From: an uncultured virus (IMG/VR IMGVR_UViG_3300017978_000189)
Lineage: Duplodnaviria > Heunggongvirae > Uroviricota > Caudoviricetes
Strand: one strand, 5' to 3'
Virus record (IMG/VR): IMGVR_UViG_3300017978_000189
Length of the DNA: 64,000 nt
A model generated the notes under the pieces. It searched no databases. It was not told the origin of the DNA and saw nothing but the letters and a program-made list of their open reading frames with translations. Each line of letters begins with the position of its first letter. Within the stretch, counting starts at the first letter, position 1. The position numbers and the translations under genes were made by a program. This document shows, one piece after another, positions 39,501 through 49,686 of the stretch.

Positions 39501-39941
39501 TGGGTCGTTCCAAAGTACAGTAACGTTATTCAACGAGAAGTTGTTAACGTCTTTAATTTGTTCTGTCGTAGAGATAGCAGTAATCTTCAAGAAGCCTTGA
39601 CTAGCAGAATTACGCTTTGGGGTGTAGCCCACAAGTTTAGCTAGTTTGACGACGGAGTCGCGGCGCTCTGCTGTGTCGATGAAGTTTTCACGTGTGTTTA
39701 AGTCGTTGCGGAATGCAAGACCTTGTCCCATGAATGCGATAACATCTAATAATGCAACATATTCTGAACTTTCAACATAGTCGTTGAATGTTTCAGGATA
39801 GTTTGTACGTAGAAAATCAACCATTGATTTTCTAAGAGTTTCGTAGTCGTAGCTTTGGAAGTCAGCTTGACTGTAATTCTTATAGATTGATTTCCAATCG
39901 TTTACGCCGAATAAAGATGTTTGTCTTGAACTGTTAGCCAT
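36588..39941 (-). CDS. gp6: Baseplate wedge subunit (T4 gp6-like)
   Basis: YDYETLR...FNDY..SSE...LLD..A...E.FIDTA.RRDSV..LAK.VGY.P; FGDGVFG.IP; ET..DIK..AP..F..QNR.V..EDY. Confidence 0.88.
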   Translation of the reverse strand: MANSSRQTSLFGVNDWKSIYKNYSQADFQSYDYETLRKSMVDFLRTNYPETFNDYVESSEYVALLDVIAFMGQGLAFRNDLNTRENFIDTAERRDSVVKLAKLVGYTPKRNSASQGFLKITAISTTEQIKDVNNFSLNNVTVLWNDPANVNWQEQFNAIINAALVDGQRVGRPGNSANILEVKTDEYSIRIPQNSSPVAPFGAVVDGNNMTFECTSMTSVGADKLYEISPGSSNVFNLLYRNDKLGYSSSNTGFFVYFKQGSLQQFPFSFDAQLENQNIDINVQGINNEDVWLYEYDPITLLPTEWKKVESVFTSQSSSSSKKLFSVTSGYNDQITCNFGDGVFGEIPVGNFASYIRTSNGLSYVIDPSEMQGTTVTLSYISKNNRTEKITLSLELMLPNATAQSRETLTDIKIRAPQRFYTQNRMVNGEDYNNFPFTMFNSIVKSKAINRSSVGVSRNFDLADPTGKYSSTNDFAEDGGLYMDRNDDFVTFTASTTNDIIKFLTRDLSSALGSYRAYQYYSQAYTRYQINTESGDGTIYWNQTVFNADSSTGYFYNAGQAPVSVGIVAGNNIKYLTTGSMIKFVAPSGKYFTKGNKLVSGIAGPSDVTYVWTSVASVVGDGSNSGVGNLPTGDGPITLTNYIPDGAILNTVIPSFTNEFGSLLTQEIVNNIILSQDFSLAYDSTLLSTQERWSVQPYNATNYFVRFRGLGYGKYIVSYKSLSFYFGSVSDIRFTFERNRSVYDPTTGKVAQDSVTILKTNSQYGNNYPLANEISLNVVGQTTETDGYVDDFSVEVSLGDITANNTFKNPDFFTQVTGYQFNTRNTLHFTFFKIVTDVNKLTRVELVPSSAIVSNYGTQSDIAVVKYEFPVGQVFYAVLEDKFYQSIHDTTAANIVNLELLSNYSVKIGRQGLFFQYKHISGETHRVDPSTSTIIDMYLVTQDYLTQYNNWLRDTTGTIAEPLRPTIAELSDAYNKVNDYKMLTDSVILNSVRFKPLFGSKAETSLRATIKVIKSSTTTASDSEIRSAIITEMNNYFSIDNWDFGDTFYFSELSAYLHSALGDLISSAVLVPNDPSLSFGDLYEIKSAPYEIFTSAAQASDIVVISALTSSELQIAG

Positions 39942-39990
39942 AGTTGTATGCTCTCTTTATAGTATTTATCATACCAAAAAAGTGCATTTT

Positions 39991-40440
39991 TTAGCTTCTT
40001 ACAGTAGCCGATCCTGTAGATTGGTCGAATATAACCTGGAGAAGTTGCACATCATTGAATGGGCTCACGGTGATTTGCATTTCTACTACGATTCCAGTGT
40101 CAATTGCATATAGATTAACTTGTTGCAAAGATAATCGAGGGTCAAGTGAGGCAAGTCTGATTAGTTCTTCTTCGATTTTTGCAGACGTTGTAGTGTCGTT
40201 TGGTTCAAAGATATACTGCCAAACTGTTGTGCCATAACTTGGATTTCCGGGTTTTGATCCCTGTGGAATATTCATTGCATTAGTGAAATCTCTAATGACA
40301 AGTTCTCTGTCAGTTAAGCGAAATTTTCTACCAGTAGTTGTAGTAGGACCAGTAGATATAAACCCTGACGTACCCTGTGGCTGGGGTGCAGGTTTGATTG
40401 CGTCTGCTGTTTGAGTGTTGAAACCGAAGAATGTTGCCAT
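39991..40440 (-). CDS. gp25: Baseplate wedge / sheath initiator (gp25-like)
   Basis: G.KPGNP.YGT.VW.YIFEP...DPR GPW_gp25 pattern. Confidence 0.85.
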   Translation of the reverse strand: MATFFGFNTQTADAIKPAPQPQGTSGFISTGPTTTTGRKFRLTDRELVIRDFTNAMNIPQGSKPGNPSYGTTVWQYIFEPNDTTTSAKIEEELIRLASLDPRLSLQQVNLYAIDTGIVVEMQITVSPFNDVQLLQVIFDQSTGSATVRS

Positions 40441-40453
40441 AATAATATTTATC

Positions 40454-43400
40454 TTATGCTACTTTGTCCATATCAGCAATTGCTTGCTTCCACTCTGCAA
40501 ACGCAGCCGCTGTAGCGGGGTCGATTCTACTACCAGTTTTAGCCAATGATTTTTCATACGCCTCTTGAGCCGCAAGTGCTTTATCTGAGGCTGCTGTTCT
40601 AGCTCTTGATATTCTAAGCATTTCTGAGGAATCTAATATAGGGGGCGCATCTCCGAATTTTAGTGCAGGAATCTTAGGATCACCGAGCAATTCTTTACTC
40701 TTAGCTGCAATAGACCCTGCGTCAAACCCACCTTCAGATATAGTAGGAAGTTTAATGCCCAAGCCGCCACCGGTACCCAATGATCCAATCGCACCTTTGA
40801 GTTTTGCTGCTGGGTCAGGTCCTAACATAGACAATGCTTTACCGGCAAGACTATTTCCACCTAATGCAGTTTTAGCTATACCGATAGCACCGTTAATTGA
40901 ACTATTTGATGTTGAACCTACTAGGTTCTTGATTGATGAACCGATTGAATCTAATCCAGGAACTTCCATCTTTCCGCTCTTTAGACTATTTGATAATCCG
41001 TCAGTAGATGAGCCACTAGACGAGAGCATTGCAGAGCCCTTTGACATCAACGATGTAGCAGAGTCACCCAACTTTGACGCTGATGACATTAGACCTTTCG
41101 CAGAATCTAATGCACCTTTAACATCATTGGGTAGAATTCCACCTAAACTTGCAGTTGCTTTGTTTAGTGCTCCCATAGGATTCATATTTTTAACTGAGTC
41201 GAGCAAGCTACCACTTGATTTTGCTTCTGCTGCTTCATTTTTTAATTTCTCTGCTGTCAAGCTCACCGGCTCACCGGCTGCAAAATCTTTAAATTTAGCA
41301 GTGACTGAATCGAAGGCGGCAGCCGCAGAATCTTTCAGTGAGTTCAAGCCATCCTTTAGTTTGTCGCCAAGACCACCTAAACCAGAAAGTGCTTTATCAG
41401 CTAAACCAGTAGCAAAGTTACCACCTGCGATTTGCTTACCGATATCACCACCCAATGGATTTGGTATCTTATCTGCGCTCAAGCCTAAGCCTGAAGGGAG
41501 ACTAGGGAAGCTAAAGTTCGATGGGGTAGCTCCTTTAACAAAATCCATAGTAGCTTTTATGCCACTAGTTGCTGCCGCCATAATCAATCCACCTGATTGT
41601 GTCGGGCTTTCTTTACCTGACAACAATCCAGTTTGCTTCAACATACTCTCACCTTTAGCAAGCAATGACGTTGCTGCACCTACTTGAGCAGGGGTACTCT
41701 TTAAGAAGTCTGAAGCATTGTTGACTCCATCCTTACCAGTAAACATATTAGGCGTTAGTGCTTGCTCAATTGACTTGCCGCTAGCAATAGCTGCCGACAC
41801 TGCGGCTGATGCGCCTGGCTTCAAATTGCCTGCATCTTCCATTTGCTGAGGTGTCATGCCAAGTTTGCCGATTGCCGCAGTTGTACCTGATTCAGTCTGT
41901 ACTACTTTTGCTCCTTCTTTGACAGCATCGGCTGCAGGTCCGGTAGCAGCATTAACAGCCATCTGAGATACCATTGCAGTAGTGCTTGCTTTATCTAAGG
42001 TTGGTGATGCTGCTGGGGATGACGGCACCGATGCGCTCAACGCAGGGCTTGTTGTGTTATCCGGTGCCGATGGTGCTGTTGCATTCGCAGCCGCTACTGC
42101 CGGGGCAGGAGGTGAGGGGAAGTTTACTGCTGCATCTAAGTTGACTTTAACATCAACTCCTTTGCCTGCGCCATCCCACGGAGCATGTGCAGGTGCTCTG
42201 CTTGCAATACTAGATAATTTACCCGGTGCTGATGCATACCCTTTAGCCGAGTCGTTCAATGTGTCGCTGTGCTTTGTTTCTTTTAACGGAGTAACATCTG
42301 CAGGATTCAATGGCATACTACCAGTGTTCAGATTCACCTTTGCGCCAGTTACGTAAGCATCACCGCCGGCAGTCATACCAGCATTACTGCCCGCTTTTAC
42401 TGCATACTGTGAGCCTACTTTAATAGAATGATTTGCTTTAACTTGTTGTTTTAAATCAGTACCAACCAGCTGTGATGTTTCTTTTGAACTTTCGAATCTC
42501 ATGTTTTCAGCACGAATGTTCAAATCTTTTACTGCGTTGATGTTGATATTGTTATCAGCGTGTAGGTTTAAGTCACCCATTGTTCTGATGTTAACTGAGT
42601 TTGTAGAATACATGTCGATTGTACCCTCTTTACCTAACTCAATATAACTTTGTCCGTTTGAATGAATAATGAACAACGTGCCAGCACTATCATTCATCAT
42701 AATCATATGACCGGATGAAGTTCGTAATCTGAATAGCTGGTCTCTACCTTGTAAATCACCGTCATCCATAACAAATGAATGTCCACCTAAACGACCAGTA
42801 ACTTTAAAACTACTATCAGGGGATGACGTATCTTTTACAGCATCTTTAATTGACGCATCATCAAAGCCACCTCCGTAGATAGGGCGTCCCGGTGTACTCA
42901 TACCAAACACACGACTAGGTGTCTCACGTGTACTACTTGAGCCAATCGTGCCTCTATCAGGATCACGTAACAAACCCTGTTTGTTTAAGATTGCTGCTTG
43001 ATAACTATGAATAGGTCTAGGCTGATTAGACAAGTCGGGAGAACCGCTTTGCTTGTCATTAGCATTGTTGAATTCAGCTACCGGCAATCTCGTTGCGCCA
43101 CCGTAGCTCTTTGATTCTGGACCGTTTGCGATAATGTTATCAGTCGATCCGATAGCAGGAACCATGTGATTCAAACCTGTTTTAGGTATTGAGCCTATAT
43201 AATATCCGAAGTTAGGATCACCATTTTCAAACACACACAATACTTCTGTGCCAATGTCAGGAGGTGTAGCCCAGAAACCATAGCTGTTTGGGTTACCAGA
43301 GTAAGTACCATTCGAATCTTTGCTTCCAGTATTCGGGGTATATCCAAAGAACGGGCTTAGGTAGTTCACTGTTACCCAACTATTTTTGTCGTCGGGATTG

Positions 43401-43561
43401 GTTCCTTTATATTTGTTAATAAAAACCTGAATTCTACCAGAGCGTGTGCTGTCGATATTGTTTTTAACAATACCCTTCACAGGCATCTTTAGTAATGCCT
43501 GACCGCCACCGCCGTCTTGCATGTTACTAGGGGCACCTTTAGGTTGTAAATTATCTTCCAT
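40454..43561 (-). CDS. gp5: Baseplate hub/spike (gp5-like OB-fold plus beta-helix) with long low-complexity C-terminus
   Basis: D....GRIQV, PDIGTEVLCVF.NGDP and GH...M.D repeats; Ala/Gly/Ser-rich tail. Confidence 0.8.
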   Translation of the reverse strand: MEDNLQPKGAPSNMQDGGGGQALLKMPVKGIVKNNIDSTRSGRIQVFINKYKGTNPDDKNSWVTVNYLSPFFGYTPNTGSKDSNGTYSGNPNSYGFWATPPDIGTEVLCVFENGDPNFGYYIGSIPKTGLNHMVPAIGSTDNIIANGPESKSYGGATRLPVAEFNNANDKQSGSPDLSNQPRPIHSYQAAILNKQGLLRDPDRGTIGSSSTRETPSRVFGMSTPGRPIYGGGFDDASIKDAVKDTSSPDSSFKVTGRLGGHSFVMDDGDLQGRDQLFRLRTSSGHMIMMNDSAGTLFIIHSNGQSYIELGKEGTIDMYSTNSVNIRTMGDLNLHADNNININAVKDLNIRAENMRFESSKETSQLVGTDLKQQVKANHSIKVGSQYAVKAGSNAGMTAGGDAYVTGAKVNLNTGSMPLNPADVTPLKETKHSDTLNDSAKGYASAPGKLSSIASRAPAHAPWDGAGKGVDVKVNLDAAVNFPSPPAPAVAAANATAPSAPDNTTSPALSASVPSSPAASPTLDKASTTAMVSQMAVNAATGPAADAVKEGAKVVQTESGTTAAIGKLGMTPQQMEDAGNLKPGASAAVSAAIASGKSIEQALTPNMFTGKDGVNNASDFLKSTPAQVGAATSLLAKGESMLKQTGLLSGKESPTQSGGLIMAAATSGIKATMDFVKGATPSNFSFPSLPSGLGLSADKIPNPLGGDIGKQIAGGNFATGLADKALSGLGGLGDKLKDGLNSLKDSAAAAFDSVTAKFKDFAAGEPVSLTAEKLKNEAAEAKSSGSLLDSVKNMNPMGALNKATASLGGILPNDVKGALDSAKGLMSSASKLGDSATSLMSKGSAMLSSSGSSTDGLSNSLKSGKMEVPGLDSIGSSIKNLVGSTSNSSINGAIGIAKTALGGNSLAGKALSMLGPDPAAKLKGAIGSLGTGGGLGIKLPTISEGGFDAGSIAAKSKELLGDPKIPALKFGDAPPILDSSEMLRISRARTAASDKALAAQEAYEKSLAKTGSRIDPATAAAFAEWKQAIADMDKVA

Positions 43562-43575
43562 TTAGTTTCTACCTG

Positions 43576-46086
43576 TTATTTTCTTTTCGGTAATAGTGTT
43601 ACCGAGTCACGACTCACAGCATCCTTGTTAAACACTTGTGCTGCGGTTGAGTACCCTTTGCCAACTAATTTTTTATTAGCGTTTTCGTCCTCTGCCGTTG
43701 CTGGAGCTAAGATAGGTTTGCCGTTGTCATGGTGAGTTGGTTTAGGCAAATCTAAACGTCTAGGATCTATTTTAGCAAATGCTGATGTGGATCTTCCACT
43801 AGATATTACTCCAGGCGCCTTGGGACTTGCAGCTTCTCTGTTTTGTGCATCTTGTTTCACGGGTTGTTTCATCCATTCAGTTGGTGGTATACCCAAGTCC
43901 GTGAATTCTTGCGTGAACATGCCTTTAGTAAATTTGCTTTTTACAGAGTTGACCATATAAATCATTCGACCCTGTAATTGTTTTTCTAATTCTTCATTGA
44001 ACTTTGCAAATTGATAATTAGCGATTGGTGTCATCTTTCCTGAATCATCGTAATCACTTACACTTCTCAAGTCAACTTCAACATACACAACACCATTCAC
44101 CGGATTCACTGGTGCTTCTTCTGAAATAGAAGTAGATGACATTTCATCGAATGTTCCATAGGCAGCTGTCATTAGAAAATCAGGATCACCGTAAATCACG
44201 ATAGTCGCTTTTAGCTGGTCGTCCGGTGACATCAACCATGATTTAAGTGACGACACTTCTTCTGATGTTCCAGGAAGTTTACCTGCAGTATCTTGACCCA
44301 TAGAAGTAGTTAACACCATTGGCACACTGCTGTTGTTCTTCACTTCACCGGTTGAATATAAACTACCAACTGTCTGATATAAACCATTGAACGTCATGTT
44401 AAACGAAATCATTCCTTCATTCTGTCCAGTATACCAGTAGTTAAATATCTTTGAAGGACCAGAATACCCTGTCCTATTAGGGAAATACTCACTTCTAATG
44501 AAAGGTATCTCATAGCTTTTTACGTAGAATGTAATTTCATATGCATTAGAGTTAAGTCGTGAATCAAATTCAGGTAAGTATTTTACTTGTGGTACGATTG
44601 TAAACCAAACCAATTCTTTGGGTTTTGGGTTTGTGACGCTTACGTCCTCACCGTCAGTCACTGGTTCTAGTACTTCTTTATTGACAACTGACAAACAATC
44701 AGTGATGTACGTACTCTGACTAACTATCTGCTCGATTGCCTGCATGATTCTTGTTCCTGCAGTTATTTGTATTGCTCGTTTGCTTTTACTAATAGTCGAG
44801 GCGCCGCCTTTGTTTGCTTCTCTCACGTTTGCTGCACCAGGAAGTCCGTTCAATGGAGATTGACTTGGTACGTAATGATTTTTATCAACTAACAATGCAT
44901 CGCCGATGCCACTTCTGTCCTCAAAGACAATCTTGTATTTGTTCGCAACATCCTTTTTCTTTGCCTTAACTTGTTCTTCTTCTTTTTTATTCAAAATTTG
45001 AATCAAGCTCGAAGTATCATTGACTAAGATATCACTGACTGTTGATCCCGAAAGGTTAATGTTCTCTTGGATAACAGAATGGAATTGACTCATACCGATT
45101 TTTTGATTAATAGGTACGGCAGAAATTTGATACTTTGTTATTTTGTTATCTAACTTAGTTGATATTTCCTGAATCGTGAACGGGAATGTTCTTTCAAACA
45201 ATCCAGGATCATTTGTTTTGTTCATAGAACCAGGCGCTGCCGCAGAGGATGATACTAAGTTACCCTTGTCGTCATACCCGTAGAATCTAATTACCATAAG
45301 ATAGTGCTGACTAACTGCTGAACCTAAAGTACCGTTAGGAGATGGACTACGATTATTACCTACTTTCTCGGCGGCTTCTATTAGATTTTTCAAGAATGTC
45401 ATACCGTATGGTTCGAAGATATCGAATTTAAAATCTTCAAGTAGCGCACCACTGAACCCTGATTCTTTCGGGGTCAACGATGTTAGCATTTGCAAGTTGT
45501 CAATGAAATAATCATACTCGAAGCCCGGCGCACGTAAGCCATCAGCTCCTGCTGATTGAGCAACTACATACATGCCACTCTTGTCCCATACACCTGTATC
45601 CAAATAAGCTGAAAACGTTGCTGGAGAAATCATATACATCGTCAATCTATATGTGTAGCTAGAAAACTTACCCAATGGATTATATGTTCTTCTCGGTGTT
45701 TTGAATCTATTTCGTTTTGCTACTGTTTCGGTAGGAATACTATCATCCGCAGTTGCTGGTTTTTTTGTTGTCTTTGGCTTAGGAGGTGCAGACAACATTT
45801 CTTTCTGATGTTTTAAGTCTGACAGCTTTGCTTCTAACTCTTTAATTGTTTGTTGATAACCTTCAGATTGCTTTTTAAGTTTCTCAATGTACGCTTGGTT
45901 CATTTGATACTTAGGGTCAACGTTCTTCAAACTTTGATTAGCTATCCTGAGCAAATCTTTAGTTTTCGCAAGTTCTTTTTCAACCGAAGCAATCTCAGTA
46001 TCAATGGACGATGACGGTGCTTTTCCACCTTCAACGTTCGTTAAATCTTCGTCGGGAATCCAGTCCCCGGCTGCGTTATATCCCAT
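43576..46086 (-). CDS. Baseplate hub protein (gp27-like position)
   Basis: 836 aa between gp53- and gp5-like genes; NPL..F.SYTY, I.EPYG..F and I.GDP motifs. Confidence 0.6.
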   Translation of the reverse strand: MGYNAAGDWIPDEDLTNVEGGKAPSSSIDTEIASVEKELAKTKDLLRIANQSLKNVDPKYQMNQAYIEKLKKQSEGYQQTIKELEAKLSDLKHQKEMLSAPPKPKTTKKPATADDSIPTETVAKRNRFKTPRRTYNPLGKFSSYTYRLTMYMISPATFSAYLDTGVWDKSGMYVVAQSAGADGLRAPGFEYDYFIDNLQMLTSLTPKESGFSGALLEDFKFDIFEPYGMTFLKNLIEAAEKVGNNRSPSPNGTLGSAVSQHYLMVIRFYGYDDKGNLVSSSAAAPGSMNKTNDPGLFERTFPFTIQEISTKLDNKITKYQISAVPINQKIGMSQFHSVIQENINLSGSTVSDILVNDTSSLIQILNKKEEEQVKAKKKDVANKYKIVFEDRSGIGDALLVDKNHYVPSQSPLNGLPGAANVREANKGGASTISKSKRAIQITAGTRIMQAIEQIVSQSTYITDCLSVVNKEVLEPVTDGEDVSVTNPKPKELVWFTIVPQVKYLPEFDSRLNSNAYEITFYVKSYEIPFIRSEYFPNRTGYSGPSKIFNYWYTGQNEGMISFNMTFNGLYQTVGSLYSTGEVKNNSSVPMVLTTSMGQDTAGKLPGTSEEVSSLKSWLMSPDDQLKATIVIYGDPDFLMTAAYGTFDEMSSTSISEEAPVNPVNGVVYVEVDLRSVSDYDDSGKMTPIANYQFAKFNEELEKQLQGRMIYMVNSVKSKFTKGMFTQEFTDLGIPPTEWMKQPVKQDAQNREAASPKAPGVISSGRSTSAFAKIDPRRLDLPKPTHHDNGKPILAPATAEDENANKKLVGKGYSTAAQVFNKDAVSRDSVTLLPKRK

Positions 46087-46087
46087 G

Positions 46088-46390
46088 TTATATTCCTAAC
46101 GCTGCTTTAATATTCTCAATCTTAGGGACGAAGATTTTAGTGCCTACAGTGAAATCAAAAATAGGATCTTGTATTCTATTTGGATTTCTTTGAGCAAACA
46201 CCCACCATAGTTTACTATCGTCATATAAGTCAAATGCCAACAAGTCTGGTCTCAGATGGTAAGTTTGATTAATCTCCCATTCATCATCGTCAATGCTAGG
46301 TGGTATTTCTCTATTCTCCATCAAATCCAAAAATGAATTGTTGTACACCGGTGTAAATGCGTACGGACTTGTGTTAGGGTATTTTACCAT
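46088..46390 (-). CDS. gp53: Baseplate wedge subunit (gp53-like, LysM-like)
   Basis: RPDLLAFDLY.D..LWWVF..RN motif. Confidence 0.85.
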   Translation of the reverse strand: MVKYPNTSPYAFTPVYNNSFLDLMENREIPPSIDDDEWEINQTYHLRPDLLAFDLYDDSKLWWVFAQRNPNRIQDPIFDFTVGTKIFVPKIENIKAALGI

Positions 46391-47595
46391 ATTCCGCTTC
46401 CTCCTCGTTGTGATCCTCTATATATAGTTCCTTTTGCATATTGCTCTAAACTAAAAGTCTGACTTACATCTCTGCGTGTGATTATCGGATATGCCGAGAT
46501 TGATATTTGTATTTTTGTAGGTACGTATGTGGTATCGAATCTGTTAGCTATTCCTTTTATCGTACCAACACTAGCAGTAGTGCTTCCGCCTTTGTTTAAC
46601 CCAGAACTAGCCAACCTATTAATACTACTGAACATGTTGCTAATACCACCGAAACCGAATTTAGATGCAGTTGATGCGAGACCAGCTAAACCAGACGCCC
46701 CTGTAACAGAACCTGGACTTGTACTCGAATAACCTCCGTTAGACGTAGTTCGGATGTAGTCAACATCATTCGGCATTGTGTAACTGAAAGATGAAATTAA
46801 GACTGGATGATTGTCATACTGATATGCCCCAAAGCCATTTAAAAATACTAGCGGAGGAGGTGTGCCTGCAGTCGGTGACTTGTCCTGTCCATAGAACATC
46901 TTTGTGACTGACCTAAAGAAGTGAATAACAGCTAACATGTATCGTGCTTCTTCTTGATCCTGTGCAGTAAAATCAGCAGTTATAGTCAAATCTTCTACTG
47001 AACTATTTTTGTAAAAATAATTTTTATAATTAGTATGGACTAACTCGCTTACTTCATAGTTAGCTTTGTAGCCTGTTTGAATTGTTGGGGTATAAGGGAA
47101 TATAACTCCACCAGTTGCTTTCAACGGAGTCAGAATGTCATCTTTAGCAGCAACGTTATAGAATGCCTGAAGTGTTGGAGCAATGCTCATACGCACACGC
47201 CAATCTTTCATCGGTGGCAATGGAACTACTTTACCTACAGGCTTTTGCGGATTTTCTTCTGCACGTAGTTTTGCTCTGTTGTCTGCTTGTGTTTTTTCTA
47301 GTGCTGCTTGGTCCTCTTTGGTGAGCTGAGGTTCATCCGTCTTGTCAATTACATCCTGTTCTGTAGGGGCTGCGGTTTCTTCTTCTTCAGCTTGGGCTGC
47401 ATACATCCTTAATTTTTCTTCAGGATCCTGTTCTGCGTCAATAACATCTTGTTCGGTGGGCGAAGGTGCTTCTTCTACCTCAGGAGTTGGAAGTTCGATT
47501 TCTTCTTGCACTTCAGGTAAATCGTTCTGTTCACCAAATGGGCTAATCTGTTCAGACAATTCTGGTGTTTGTTGCGGTGCGATAATGTCAGCCAT
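46384..47595 (-). CDS. Baseplate-tail tube initiator-like protein with acidic N-terminal repeats
   Basis: FPYTP.I and G.PPPLV.L.G.G...F/Y...PV motifs. Start moved to ATG 47595 (AAGGT SD) because a late motif at 47622-47629 lies inside the longer ORF call. Confidence 0.65.
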   Translation of the reverse strand: MADIIAPQQTPELSEQISPFGEQNDLPEVQEEIELPTPEVEEAPSPTEQDVIDAEQDPEEKLRMYAAQAEEEETAAPTEQDVIDKTDEPQLTKEDQAALEKTQADNRAKLRAEENPQKPVGKVVPLPPMKDWRVRMSIAPTLQAFYNVAAKDDILTPLKATGGVIFPYTPTIQTGYKANYEVSELVHTNYKNYFYKNSSVEDLTITADFTAQDQEEARYMLAVIHFFRSVTKMFYGQDKSPTAGTPPPLVFLNGFGAYQYDNHPVLISSFSYTMPNDVDYIRTTSNGGYSSTSPGSVTGASGLAGLASTASKFGFGGISNMFSSINRLASSGLNKGGSTTASVGTIKGIANRFDTTYVPTKIQISISAYPIITRRDVSQTFSLEQYAKGTIYRGSQRGGSGIW

Positions 47596-47661
47596 GTTCG
47601 TAGTTATACCTTTACTAAATATATTTATCGCATAAAAAATCACCGTTTTTTACCGTTTCTG

Positions 47662-47690
47662 TTGCAATTGTACAACGAAAGTTGTATAAT
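47662..47690 (+). promoter_or_regulatory. Sigma70-type promoter with palindromic spacer
   Basis: TTGCAA-N17-TATAAT; TACAAC-GAAA-GTTGTA palindrome overlaps the spacer and -10. Confidence 0.8.
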
Positions 47691-47715
47691 TTTATCATTA
47701 TAACTACGGAACACT

Positions 47716-48612
47716 ATGTCTCTAATACCACAGAAAAAACCAGTAAACTACTTAAATAACAAGGACATTCTCAAAGAGATTCACACAAGCAAAAATGCTT
47801 ATTGCTCATTCTTAGACCCTACAAAGGATCATAGATATGACTTAATTATTGATATGCCTACAGAATCAATGGAGAAATCATTAAAACAAGCAAGCAAGCG
47901 TGAAACTATACAAGAAGCCCGCGAAGTCAGGGCAGCTCGATTATCAATAGAAACCGGTGAGAAGATTGACCCAAAGTCTATACCAGTAACCGATTTAGTA
48001 TTCAGAGTAATGACCTGGGATCATGTCCCTGTTGCACCGAAAGCTCCACGTAAAGTAGACAAAAAGAAAACTGCAAAAGACATTTTCGACTTTGACGAAG
48101 ACGGTGAAGAAATTTTCGCTGATTTGGAAGATACTACAACCAAAGCTGAAATCGATGACATGGTTCATGTTAAAGTTAACTTCCCACCATTCCAGCATTT
48201 TAGAATGGACGAGAATAAGAGTTTCCAATGTATCGGTAAGAGTCATTGGAAAGGTAATTTGGAAACCGGAGAATTCTCAAAGGATCACGGTCAAATCACT
48301 AACAAACTAGCACGTATGTACATTATGATGTGTGAGAAATACGCTATGAAATTTAACTGGCGTGGTTATACATACAACGATGAAATGCGTAATTCAGCCA
48401 TTCTACAGTTGACATATGTTGGGTTGCGTTTCAACGAAGCCAAATCTGCAAACCCATTCGCTTACTACACAGCCGCTATCACAAATAGTTTCTGTCGTGT
48501 CTTAAACTCTGAAAAGAGAAACCAAAACATTCGTGATGACATTCTAGAGATGAATGGTCTGAATCCATCGTGGACTCGTCAGGGCACATCAGCTGGTTCT
48601 TACGAAGAATAA
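47716..48612 (+). CDS. gp55: Late-transcription sigma factor (T4 gp55-like)
   Basis: NYLNNKD.L, NW.GYTY.DEM...A and F...KS.NPFAYYT...NSF...EK motifs; upstream of gp47/gp46 as in T4-like phages. Confidence 0.85.
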   Translation: MSLIPQKKPVNYLNNKDILKEIHTSKNAYCSFLDPTKDHRYDLIIDMPTESMEKSLKQASKRETIQEAREVRAARLSIETGEKIDPKSIPVTDLVFRVMTWDHVPVAPKAPRKVDKKKTAKDIFDFDEDGEEIFADLEDTTTKAEIDDMVHVKVNFPPFQHFRMDENKSFQCIGKSHWKGNLETGEFSKDHGQITNKLARMYIMMCEKYAMKFNWRGYTYNDEMRNSAILQLTYVGLRFNEAKSANPFAYYTAAITNSFCRVLNSEKRNQNIRDDILEMNGLNPSWTRQGTSAGSYEE

Positions 48613-48672
48613 TTAATCTAATTTGACCAGAGGGGTTGTTTTTACATCCCCTCTTCCTGTATACTAACACTT

Positions 48673-49686
48673 ATGAGTAACCTTTTTAAAAAAGCCGCTG
48701 TCTTCACTGACATTCATTTCGGTATGAAGTCAAACAGTCTACAGCATAACCAAGACTGTTCAGATTTCGTTGATTGGTTCATCCAAGAAGCAAAGAAAGA
48801 GGGATGTGAAACCTGTTTCTTCTTGGGTGATTGGAATCATCATCGTGCAACTATAAATATCCATACACTGCAATTTGGTTTGCAGGCATTGGAGAAACTT
48901 AGTGCTGCGTTTGATATCGTATATTTTATTCCCGGTAATCACGATTTGTATTATCGTGACCGCCGTGATATACATTCTGTTGAGTGGGCCAAGCATCTCC
49001 CGAACATTCGAATCATTAATGACTTCTTCAAAGAAGGTGATGTAGTCATTGCACCCTGGCTAGTTCAAGAAGATTACAAAAAGATTAAGAAAATGTCTGG
49101 ACAATACTTGTTCGGTCATTTTGAACTCCCACACTTTCACATGAATGCTATGGTTGAGATGCCGGATCACGGTGAACTCAACAGCGAACACGTTGATGGT
49201 TTCGGCTTAGTGTTCTCCGGACATTTTCACAAACGTCAAGCAAAGAAAAACATTTGGTACATTGGCAATGCGTTCCCGCACAACTTTGCTGATGCAGGTG
49301 ATGATGCTCGTGGTATGATGATTTTAGAGTGGGGACAAGATCCTGAGTTTCGTTCTTGGCCTAAGCAACCTCTATTCAGAGTTTACAAACTGTCTGATAT
49401 CTTAGAAAACCCTAAGGGCTTGCTATTGCCCGACAGTCATGTTAGAGTACATCTTGACATTGACATTTCATACGAAGAGGCAAACTTCTTGCGTGAAACA
49501 TTTATTCCTGATTACAAACTAAGAGAAATGGCACTCATCCCAATGAAAGTAGACCAAGTTGAACAGCAAGGTCCTGAAGGCTTGAAGTTTGAATCAGTAG
49601 ACCAAATCGTCATCGACCAAATTAACTCAATCGAATCTAACAGTTTCGACAAGAAAATCCTATTAGAAATCTATAACAATCTATGA
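48673..49686 (+). CDS. gp47: Recombination endonuclease (gp47 / Mre11 / SbcD-like)
   Basis: DIHFG, GDW, GNHD and SGHFH metallophosphoesterase motifs. Confidence 0.93.
   Translation: MSNLFKKAAVFTDIHFGMKSNSLQHNQDCSDFVDWFIQEAKKEGCETCFFLGDWNHHRATINIHTLQFGLQALEKLSAAFDIVYFIPGNHDLYYRDRRDIHSVEWAKHLPNIRIINDFFKEGDVVIAPWLVQEDYKKIKKMSGQYLFGHFELPHFHMNAMVEMPDHGELNSEHVDGFGLVFSGHFHKRQAKKNIWYIGNAFPHNFADAGDDARGMMILEWGQDPEFRSWPKQPLFRVYKLSDILENPKGLLLPDSHVRVHLDIDISYEEANFLRETFIPDYKLREMALIPMKVDQVEQQGPEGLKFESVDQIVIDQINSIESNSFDKKILLEIYNNL

Noticed and set aside
40755..42356. Long plus-strand ORFs (310 and 124 aa)
   Set aside because: Antisense shadows of the low-complexity gp5-like C-terminus.
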